The translations under genes were made by a program, and so were the position numbers. The notes beneath the pieces were generated by a model. It was not told the DNA's origin. It searched no databases and saw nothing but the letters and a program-made list of their open reading frames with translations. 64,000 nt of DNA, taken from contig CM041465.1 in assembly GCA_023213395.1 (NCBI GenBank), positions 196,485,741-196,549,740 of the forward strand, given 5' to 3'. This document shows positions 1 through 10,234 of this stretch, piece by piece. The DNA comes from Cycas panzhihuaensis (lineage: Eukaryota > Plantae > Cycadophyta). Position 1 is the first letter of the stretch. Each line of letters opens with the position of its first letter.

Positions 1-466
1 GCAATGTAAGCAACACGAAGACTCGAATAGCGAACACGAAGCGGGCCGCGGAGGGTAGGAGGACCTAGCAATGAGGCTACCCGAGAGCGAGCCATCGGGG
101 CACTGATCGAGTAGGCGGAACGGGACCACAGGTCCCGAAAGTTGCTTCGGAAAGCAAAACGTGCCCCCAGACGGGGGAACACTTCCTTCGGGAGCTCCAG
201 GGGCGAAAAAGGACTGCGAAAACGAGCTCGGGCGGAAGCAGGCCAAGCGAGTATAAACTCGGGCATGCTCGGGGCGGTAGCAAAGCAGTGCAAAGGGCCC
301 CCAAAATGCGACCATAAAGCGCCATAAATGCTTCGTAAGAGGAAGCGAAGAGGCGCCCATGGAGCGCAATGGTGATCGGGCACGAAGGCAAAAGGCGATC
401 AGCGTGACGAGACGGTCCCGACGGCATCACGAGCCAAAAGCGGAAGAAAGCCCGTCGGGGCCCGCC

Positions 467-473
467 TATATAA
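467..473 (+). promoter_or_regulatory. TATA box of the antisense PMD gene
   Basis: CCTATATAAGG in GC-rich context, with a pyrimidine-rich initiator-like ATTCATTTTC ~25-30 bp downstream and ATG at 623. Confidence 0.5.
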
Positions 474-622
474 GGAAAATCAATGAAAACCGGATTCATT
501 TTCACCGGCTCTCGTCGAAACCGAGCCTTTTCCTTACGACGGAGCTGCCCGACTTGAAACACCGAGGACGATCCGACCGTTAGATCGGAGCGAGGAGACG
601 ATCGTTGCGGCCGGGAAGCGAG

Positions 623-2979
623 ATGACGGCCGTCGAGGCCGGGATCCGTGAGTGGATCCTACGATACCTTAGTGAATTTGCAATTTGAATTTCATCGCTC
701 TTCATTGAATTTAAATGCTTTCCCACGCCCCTTATGGGCGATTAGAGGCCTCCCGGAGTCCGAATCGGACCCGGCAAGAGGCGGGGACCTGGGCATTAGG
801 CAGCCCGGGTCCCGGTGGGCCCCACATGGGGTCCACTGCAGAAATTTTTGATTTTCGGGGGCAAAATTTCATTTTTTAGAAGGCTGCCGGCGGTACCGCA
901 GCAAAGATCGCGGCACCGCGATCTTTGCCGCGGTATCTCAGCAGAGACGATCGCCGCGGGGCCCGCTCTGAACTTAGCGGTACCGCTAAGTTCAGAGCGG
1001 TACGCAGGCAGAAAGTTAGAAAAAACACAAAAAGGGGCCGAACGGCCCCGAAAACTGGAAAAGACATAGGGATAGACTGCTAGGAGACTGACTCTCGACT
1101 GACTATGACTGATTGCAGGCAGTTATCGCGGTGGACAACCGCGAGAACATCGGCGTACCCATTCTGAGTAGCTTAGAGCTGTCGACGGAGGAGGACAAGG
1201 CGGTTGTGAAGAGATGCGGCCTATACAAGGCCTTGAAGACCCCTCAGTACGCGTCCGATCAGAGACTCCTGGTGGACATTGTGTCGCACTGGGATAGGAG
1301 GAGGCATGTGTTTCACCTGCCTCAGATAGGGGACGTCACCATTACTCCGCAGGATGTCAGGCGGATCCTGGGAGTGCCGGCGATGGGGAGACCCGTGAGA
1401 CTGAGGGCGCCGCCAGCAACGAGGCGACACACAGGCGGCCCGGTTCCTCATGGGGAGACAGATGGCGTGAGAGGGGCTCCTCTCAGACGGTACTCATGTC
1501 GGGATTCCTCAAGCGAGGAAGCTCATTTTATTATGCATTCGCTCCGGATCTCCGAAATGTAACTCTGGGAGATCCTGTGAGGCCGGGTGGACGCAGCCGA
1601 GGCAGGCCGGCGAGAGGATGGATTGGGCTACTCTAGTTGTGGCGAACCTCGTCGCCCAACTAGATGCGATCAGAGGCTCAGGGAGAGGTGGCACATCATA
1701 CAAAGACATTGCTCCATCTTGGTTCTTTGACCATTTCGCTGATGCAGTGGCACCAAGTAGGGGACCGTTTCCCATATCGAGGTGGGCCCCGATGGTCCAC
1801 AGGTGGCAGACGCGGTTCAGAGGGACAGAGGACCAGCCTCATGTCCGCCGGTCGGTCGACGCGACATCGCCCACCTCCTCACCCTGACAGTTATGTGGCG
1901 GATCCATACGGGATGGTGAGGTGGGCGGCGATGACGCAGAGGGAGGAGCACCCATCGATGACAGCGATGGCGATGGCGACGATGGGGCGGCGGGCCCATC
2001 ACGCCCACTGAGGCTGCCGGCGGGATCACCCGGAGCTGCCACAGGGGGGGCCAGCCTGGCAGGAGCTGCAGAGGCGAGCGGCGAGGGACTGGGGACTGTG
2101 CTCCGGATCGTGAGGAGATCCGGAGGAGCGAGAGTCGAGCCCGTCCCTACCGAGGATGAGGCAGAGGCAGAGGACGTGCCTGAGGATGAGGCACCGGCCA
2201 CTGGCGGGGAGCCAGGAGAGGAAGATGTCGCTCGAGCAGAGGGCCCGGCAGCCGCAGCAGGTGAGACCTAACCGTTCCCTTAGTCGTTTGACATCTAGAT
2301 AGAATTTTGATTTGGTTTGATTTATATCGAGGATACACAGCGCATGGCATGTTGCCTTGGCGGTGTAGGGAGATCGAGGACCGATGGAGGCGGTGGCGAG
2401 GGAGATATTCCCTCAGGTCTATGCGGAGGGGCAACCGCCCATCCAGGCAGGTGATGAGCCTAGAGCAGCGGGAGCCCACAGAGAGGCATTCGCCCCGTTG
2501 GTGAGGGCGAGGGATATATGGGCTGCGGAGTCCCAAGAGCACGCTACATCCCAGGGACGACTGCAGCAGGAGAGAGACGACGCGAGGCGCGAGAGGGATG
2601 AGGCGCGGCGCGAGAGAGACGAGCTGCGAGGACGGGTCCAGGCTCTAGAGGCACAGGGTGGCACAGGTGAGACAATGAGAGCGGAGACCCGGTGATAATC
2701 ATCACAGAGCGTCTTAGGACGACAGAGGAGGCACTCGGAGAGGCGGGATCGTATCCAGCCCGTCACGATCGCCTAGTGGCCCGAATAGCCTCGAGGTCGG
2801 CAGAGCCGGACACACACCTGCACTGGCTACGACCCCGAGACGGCCACGGGACGAGGCAAGCGAGGCGGGCAGCTCGCGGAGGACCAGGAGGAGCCTCGCG
2901 GGGACGTGGTCCCCAGGAGAGGGATCACGCAGGCCAGGAGACGGGACCCCAGGATCGGGGCAGCAGCAGCAGTAGCTAG
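623..2979 (+). CDS. Plant Mobile Domain (PMD, aminotransferase-like, PF10536-type) protein with acidic linker and C-terminal coiled coil; spliced, frameshifted in this assembly
   Basis: LLVDIVSHWDRRRHVFHLPQIGDVTITPQDVRRILGVPAMGRPV (ORF 1113-1562) and MDWATLVVANL...WFFDHF...PISRW (ORF 1618-1887) match PMD N- and C-terminal motifs. Acidic linker 1921-2260; RRERDEARRERDELRGRVQALE coiled coil ~2560-2660. Candidate introns 648-1122 (GTGAGT...CTGAC repeats...CAG) and 2261-2368 (GTGAG...TGTAG). Confidence 0.75.
889..1000. repeat. Palindrome cluster 1 (CGGTACCG-based)
   Basis: Perfect 38-bp palindrome at 963-1000; 13-bp-arm hairpin at 901-928 extendable to 894-935. Confidence 0.95.
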
Positions 2980-3598
2980 GAGATCCGCGTACACATGTAC
3001 GGTTTTGCCGGGAAAGCGCGGGCCTCCAGGGGGTCATATGTAGGCTCACATGATTGTACTCCCCCTGCAAGGACCCCGGCTTCCCACACACACGATGTAC
3101 TATGACATTTTGATATATATATACATACGGGGCAATTGGAACCCCATTTTGACATGAAATGGTGTACCATGTATGGTAGAGGTAGCATGCATGATTTATT
3201 TTCGTAAATGGATATTTTTGTATGTTGTAAATGTTCATATGCTGTAAATATTTGTTTGTTTTAGAAATGCAAATGTGTAGATATGCAGATTTTTTGTTGT
3301 AGATATCTTATTGAAAGTATCAGTGTTTCCTTCCATGTATGGCCATATGTCTAACAGGAGCACACACATCCACCGTGAGTAGAGGCGATCGAGAGGTGTG
3401 AGGTTAGAGGATGGGGCGACATACATGTCCACGAGGGAGCATAGCGGAATGTGCAAAGGAAACGACAAGCATGGAAAAGGGGAGTAACGATACTCCACGT
3501 CGTCCTAATTTGGGGAATGCCCAAAATAGGAAGACAAAGGTTCCCAATAGCTCATGGGAACGCGGGTTCCGCAGAGGAACCGAAGCGAATCGAAGAAA

Positions 3599-3766
3599 AA
3601 TCCACCTTAAATTGCCATTCAACCCGCAGTTAGGAGGAATGGGGACAACCTAAGATGGTAGTTTAGGCTCGTTTCGGAGCAAGAATCCATCTCAAATTGC
3701 CATTCCACCCGTGGTTGGGAGGAATGGGAACAATCTAAAATGGTAGTTTAGGCTCGTTGCGGAGCA
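3599..3766. repeat. Two-copy 85-bp direct tandem repeat
   Basis: AATCCA..AAATTGCCATTC..GGAGGAATGGG..TGGTAGTTTAGGCTCGTT.CGGAGCA starts at 3599 and 3684. Confidence 0.9.
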
Positions 3767-6700
3767 TGAAGAGAGGAAGAGGTGTGCGTAGACCCCATAA
3801 AGGTAGGGGTAGTCACACGCAGGGTAGGAGATAGGTGACGAAGAGTAGGGCCAGTGTGGCTAGGTCTACCAGTAAACTTGCTATGGTCGGAACCAGATGA
3901 GTGCAACAGACTTGGCACACGGCGGACCGCGTGGCAAGGTTGCATCCGAGTAGGAGTGGCTCTAGTCCGAGGTAAGGATCTAGAACGTGAAGAAGAAGTG
4001 CCTCTACGAGTGGCTCGCCGACGTGGGCGCCTACGTGAAACCGCCCGGGGGGGTCGAGAAAGTAAGATAAATGGCTGGTTTAAGACCAGCGGCTCGGGAG
4101 CCAATGTAGAATGAGGAAGAGCGGGAATATCCGATTGAGATATTCCCCTAGGTGCTCGCGAAACCAGGGTGACACGTCGAGGAGAGGGCCCATAGCCCTC
4201 GCCATCCGAATCAAAATCACTCATGGCGGCTAAGCAACCGTAACCACCTACACCAATAGGGGCAAACCTAACTAGGTTTGGCTCATGACGTGGCATAGGG
4301 CTCGACTGATGAAGGTCGGTCTCCTGAAACAAAGGTCCCACGGAAGGGGTAACCTCCTCAGGATCACTATCTTCATCATCGAAAATAGCCTGGCAGGCTG
4401 GATGAGAGGTGTGAGACGGCATTGGCTCACGGGCGACAACTTTAACTTGTCCTTCATGGACAAATTTAAGTTGCCCCCACTGAGTGGAGCAGACTGCCCC
4501 CATCTGGTCGAGCCATGGTCGGCCCAACAAGAGGTTGTACTCTACATCGACATCGAGTACAAAGAACTCGGCGAAAACGGTTTTCCCTCCTAAGGTGAGG
4601 GATAGGGAGATCGCCCCGGAGGGACTTCTCAGTCCCATCATACCCTTGGCATTTCCAAGGGACAGACTCAAGAGCTACTATGCCTAGCTCCTTGAGCATA
4701 CGCACAGGCATAGCGTTAACCGAGGAGCCATTATCTACAATGGTCCTCTTTACGATACAATCAGGAGTGTCAATGGTAATGACGAACAGGTAATGCAAAA
4801 GCTTCTCCCGCTTGCTGGGAGATGGGAGATCTCTAGGATCAAATGAGATGACAGGTGGCCCATGGGAGGTAGCACCTATCGCATGGATGGAAGCGTCTTG
4901 TTGGCCAAGAGCTTCAAGAAGAAGAGCACGTTGCTCGTGCGACTTCTCAAGACGCCCATCAAGGACATTCCCGCAGCGACGGTATAGAGCTCGTCAACGA
5001 TAGAAAAGGGCTTACCCTTCCCTGTGGGTTGGGTAAGGGCTCTCCTAAAGTCGAATCGACCGGGGCGGACGGGAATAGTCTTGGGAAGCGCAGGAATCTC
5101 CGGAGGAACGGCCTTGAGGAGGATCAAGGTGAGATGTGGATGAAGAGGCACCAGCTGCCTCTTTAGCGGCTTGGGACCGGGTTAAGGCATATAACGGAGT
5201 GGTCTCAAGCAATTGGACAACCTTCTTTCCCTTGTAGCGGGACTGCGAAGGTGATGGAGCACGGCGGTCAGGGGAGCGCGAAGGTGAAGGTGACCTTCGC
5301 ACACCCTTCCCTCTACCATGCGAAGGGCGAGGATCAGGAGATCTATCCCGATTCTGACTGTATCTTTGTTGAACATCACGACCACATTCCCCATGTTTGG
5401 GGAATGGGTCTCTATGAATGGGCTGATCGAGGTTAGGCCTCGATGCTCGCCTGGGGGACGAGTCGCGTGGGTGCTGTGCCCGGCAACGCGCATCGTCATG
5501 GAAACACTCCCCGTGGATGGAACACCACCTCTTCTCAAGGGGAGGATCGATCCTCCTTGCTTGAGAAGGTTGGGTGTTGCCCCCTTTGGGGGGGGCCGCA
5601 CGGGAAGTCTGCTGGACGGGTCTATGAGGGGTAGGTGACGAAGGAGGTTGGAGTTTTAGCTCCTTCATCGTGCGCTCGAACGAGCGAATGGCAGAAGTAA
5701 GGGGATCTAGGGTCCTCTCAGTCGGGTGAGAGGTGGTCCTAGCGGGCTGCGAAGGTGTGGTCTCCTTCGCTGGAGGAGGCGCCTCACGACGTTGCGAGGG
5801 CTTGGGAGGTTTCTTGAGACCTGCTTGGATCTCAATAGCCTCCAAAGCTAAACACCTCGAGATGGCGGAGTCACACGTGGTTGCCCCCATCTTGAGGACT
5901 TCCACATGCACCTCGGGGCGAAGTGCATTGACAAAGAGATCCCTCTTCAACTCCTCAGGCAATGTGGCCTTGGTGGAGTGAAGGAGGTCGTGAAAACGTC
6001 GCACAAAGTCACGATTCATCTCATCGTGACCTTGTTTGAGCGACAGAAGCGCCTTCATTCCGCTCTCGAATGGGCGCGCTACGTCAAAATAGTTGACGAA
6101 CTCGTCCACTATTTGGAATGAGGAGATCGAATGGGCGGGCGGTAGAACCACTTGAGGGCGCCGCCCGCAAGGATCGCGGAAGAGCTTCATCAAGATGTGG
6201 TCGTAGGCCCAATAGTCAATGCACGCCATGGAAAAGCTGCGCACATGCTCGGTTGGGTCCTGCGACGAAGTCCCATCAAATTTGGGGACTTCAGGAGGGT
6301 GAGGCGGCAAGTTAGTCCTCAACGCCTCAACAGACAAGGGCGTCGACCTATAGTCCACGAAAGGACGTGTCCTTGCCTGGGCTAAGGGATCGACAACCGA
6401 CAAAGGAACGGATGGGGTGTTTGTCCCCATCCCTCCTGGAGGAAACACCCCTTGTGGGAAGGGGGTCTGCGGGTAGATGTTCTGGAAAGGAGGCGCGCTC
6501 CCTTGTGCTGACGCAGCAGCAGGAGTCGCGCTGGACGTCGGAAACAGGGGGTGAGGGACCGAGTTTTGCCCATATGGGCCACCCGTAGGTGGCGCGACCC
6601 CATATGGGTGCAACGGGTCCACTCCATAGACAGGGAGGTGGTTTCCCTTGCCCTGCCCCCAAGGTTGTGACGTGTAGCCTGGGGGCACGTAAAGAGAAGG

Positions 6701-7331
6701 ACCACCAACCGGGTTCTGGACATACGTAGGAGTGGGTCCTACATGGTCAAGGCGCTAGCAGGCCCCGAGGCCTACTAGGGAACGCGCGCGCGCCACGTTC
6801 GTGGCGGGCACGCGGCGCTTGGTTTGAGCAAGGCATACTAACCCCGAGTTGAGGGAAAGATGCGCTGCGCGCGGGTCCCGAGGAAGTGGGACCACGACTA
6901 GGAACGGCAAACGCAACACTCGCCTTAGGAGCCGGGGTAGACACGGCATAGGACGTGTGTGCGCGGGCGGACGTATCAATCGTCGTAGATGACGTGGGCA
7001 TGGATGAGGAAGTCGCCACGTTGCGTAGCATCTCCGTTAACCATCTAGGAGGCGGTTGGCGGCGAACTGCTCGAAAGTACTCGCCAAGCGCCTCGACCGC
7101 GTCGGCGGGAGGGGTATCCTCATAGCCATACGAGGTCGAAGGGACTTCGAAGGTAGGGGACCCCTCAGGGCGCTCCTCGTAAGGCTCGCCAGTGGGGTGG
7201 CGGGTCTCACGAGTAGCCGGATCTTCCGCTGCATGAGTGGAAGGCTCAAAATCTTCGGGGTGGAAATGGTCATCAGGGTAATAGATGGAATCCTCGCCCT
7301 CACAGGTGGATTCCGGACGAAGGGAACTCAT
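3748..7331 (-). CDS. Gag plus aspartic protease polyprotein of the Gypsy element, frameshifted
   Basis: Retrotransposon gag PEVPKFDGTSSQDPTEHVRSF...KLF and LKQGHDE...FVRRF; C-x2-H-x4-H-x4-C knuckle WCSIHGECFHDDARC (~5483-5527); protease IVDNGSSVNAMP and FFVLDVDVEYNLLLGRPWL (~4500-4800). No RT motif follows. Confidence 0.85.
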
Positions 7332-9653
7332 GAGTTCCCGAAGTCATGGCATGGTAGGCCCAATCGGACGGGTATCCTTCCATTGCCGAAACGGGGCTCG
7401 ACGATGGAATGAAACGCGTCGATTGGTCTTCTAACAACGGCAAACCCCGCAAGCGGCGCGAGGGACGTCGCATGCAACGCCTCCGCGAGCGTTGTTAGAA
7501 AAAGCGAAAAGGAAAAGAAAGGAAAGCACTGCAAACCCGTTGGGGGTTGCCCAACTCAAAACATAAAATGCGAGCCTACCTAAAGGCAAGAGCACCGACA
7601 CGAAGGAAGCGGATCTAGCTCCCTTCTTGGCGGTCCCGTGATGGTCGCCAAGGAAACGCTCTCCACGGGGCAATGATCCAACGCCTAGCGGGAAGGACAC
7701 AAAACCACAGGGCTAATAGGCTAAAGAACGAGGATCATACCTCGCGGGACGTCCGTCTTGGCGGAGCGCGGTGCACGGATCGCAAGGTGCCTGGTTGCTT
7801 CCAGGTAGCCGTGCAAGGCGAGGCCCTCCTACCCTTCGGATGGCCGGGAAAGGGAAAAGGGAACTCGCACGCCGCTACTTCTCAAGGCAATGAGAAAGCG
7901 GCGAAGGGGTAACCAACCAAACGTGTCGCAGGTAAGATATATGCAAGAGCGGCTAAGGAGGGATCGGTCAAAGGATCTCAAATACCATAATACGCGGGGT
8001 ATAGCAAAGAAAGGTACAAGTAAAGCAAATGCAGAGTGAAAAGCAAGTACAAAATAAATAGTTATTTCTTCCCCTTTTTCTTATGTTCTTTAACTACTAA
8101 AGCAAGTGTAAAGAAACGTAAGAGCACGAAAAAGAGTATGGAAGGTGAGCGGAGAATACCTGGATCCGGCGGTTGGGCTGAGACGCAGGTGTCCGTCCAC
8201 GGTTGCGCTTCCTCCCGTCGTCCTCCTCGTATGCGACGGTTGCAAGCGGTGATGGGGATCACTTACCTCCCCGAAAGCAAATAAACACTAACTAAACTGA
8301 AACGATAGAAAATAAAGCTCAAAGCGACATAAACAAAAAGGGAGAACGTACCAAACAAGCGTCGACCGGCAATGGGTCGACCCTATGCGCCCCTTTGTTC
8401 CGAACGCCTCGCAAGCAAATAAGCGAATACCTTCCTCTCGAGAGAGGCTACGAGATACAAAAAGGTATGTATATATGTGCATAAGTAAAATAAATTAAGC
8501 TAGGAAGATACGGTTAGGCACTAACATGCAATGAAAGGAAACGAAGTCACACGACACATATGCAATCGACATACACCACCAACGCACAAACGGGATCGAG
8601 TGTAGCCTCGGGATGGCTAACTCACCCACGAGAGGTCTCCACAGATATAAGGGAAGCGATGCTAGCATGTAACAGGGGCCGGGTCGTGTAGCAACGGATA
8701 GCCTATACCAAGACGGGTATTCAAACCGACTCTCCAAAGCTTCTCTAGCCCCGTTTCCTAAGCGAAAGCGGGAGATAAAGGGGGAGAGGATAAGGGACGG
8801 AACCCTTGGGGAGTGGGACGGCACTGGGGGACGGAACCCCGCCTATCTCCCTCTAACCCTCGTGTAACCCTTTATGCCGGCTTGCCCAAGAAATGGCGAA
8901 AGAGAAGGGTTGGAGGAAAAGGATGGGTTTAGGGGGGGGCAAGTGAGAAACTAGGCCTAGCCTAGGGCAACACTCACTGGGCCACAACCGCTACGGTTAT
9001 TTGCATCAAATGATCAAGGGAAACTCAAGGAAATACATGCACAAAGAGAGGAAAAGATTTGCAAGTAAGCAATGAAGAAATAAGCAAAAAAAAGCACTTA
9101 ACAAGGGACACCAAATACCTCCAATGATGAGAAATGAGAGCATGTAGGTCCTTGGAAGCTTGGTGCAGCGGTCCAACCAATGCCTATGAGGTGTTGTTGC
9201 ATGTCCCTTGCAAGAGAATAAGGTAGTGGAACCTCATGCAAGTCAAAAGCTTGGAAATGGCTCCTTGCGATGGTCTTTCTTGGTGAAAAATCCTCTTGAA
9301 AGCCTTGAGAATGTATGAAGAGGAAGAGTGCTTAGAACGGAGCTCCGTAGGGGGCAGCAATGGCCCTGCAACTCCAGCAATAGCAGCCCTTTGTACCTCT
9401 GATCCACAGCTGTAGGAGGATGTCTCTTATCACTGCTTTTATTCTTTGTCTCTTTTTGAAGAAAATGCTCTAGGAAAGTTGAAAAGTGAGGTGAATAATG
9501 AAGCAAATGAATGAAAAAATGGTTTTTATGTCTTGAGTGAAGCAAGTGAACGTTGGGGGCCCTCGGGCGCCTCCAACTTAGAGCCACGCGCGGATTCGCG
9601 AAAAATCGCGGCCACTGTCGCGTGGTTTCTCTTTTTTTTAAATTTTAAACAGT

Positions 9654-9750
9654 CGTACCGCGATAAACTTAGCGGTACCGCTAAGTTTATCGCGGTACGC
9701 ACTGGCACCGCCCGGAACTCCGCGGTACCGCTTAATTTACCGCGGTACGG
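9654..9750. repeat. Palindrome cluster 2 (CGGTACCG-based) in the presumed 5' LTR
   Basis: Perfect 46-bp palindrome at 9654-9699 followed by further CGCGGTAC units to ~9750. Confidence 0.95.
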
Positions 9751-10234
9751 AACCGAAACCCAAAAAACAGAAAATTAAAGTAAGAAATCAGGTCTTTAAG
9801 GTAAAATCATAAGTTAAACTCAAAATGCATTAGTCAAGAGCAGTTTTAGGTCATGGGCATGTGCTCAAACGGTGCAAAAAGACCTAACTAAGGGTTAAAC
9901 CAGGCTTAGAAAGGGTTTGCAACATAAGCGACGCCTTGTAACACGCATAACAGTAGGCAAAAGGATCCCGAAAGACCATGGAGACGTCGTGGGTGGTTGT
10001 ACGCCATACGGGGTGTCGCATTCGCTGATGAATGCCCCCGCTGTGAGTCGTCATAGGCTAAAAGGTGCCGTTAGGCACATGCATAATGAACAAGCAATCA
10101 AACAGTGCATATGGACAGCACATGTCAATCAAACCATTCCCAATTCTGCAGCGATCATAAGTAAGCAAAGTAAAGGCATATACCGCACAAACACGTGTCG
10201 ATGTGTCGAAGTCCATTCCCGATAGCCGGAAACA

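Larger units (their letters stand above)
1..10234 (-). mobile_element. CpG-rich Ty3/Gypsy (Tat/Ogre-like) LTR retroelement, apparently non-autonomous (gag-protease only) with an antisense PMD gene; left end outside the window
   Basis: Minus-strand gag and aspartic protease; plus-strand PMD ORF; GC/CpG far above the rest of the window. Right boundary inferred from ...CCGGAAACA (TG on minus) at 10234, where sequence switches to the AT-richer Copia leader. PBS and second LTR not identified. Confidence 0.75.

Noticed and set aside
77-8824. Many overlapping short ORFs in the GC-rich region
   Set aside because: Expected shadow ORFs in GC-rich DNA; only the gag-protease and PMD frames carry recognisable motifs
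7400-10100. PBS and inner LTR boundary of the GC-rich element (candidates near 7645, 8970, 10045)
   Set aside because: None gives a convincing tRNA 3'-end match adjacent to an LTR terminus
1-10234. Bacterial or other horizontal origin for the GC-rich block
   Set aside because: Gag, retroviral-type protease, PMD and spliceosomal intron signals identify a plant retroelement
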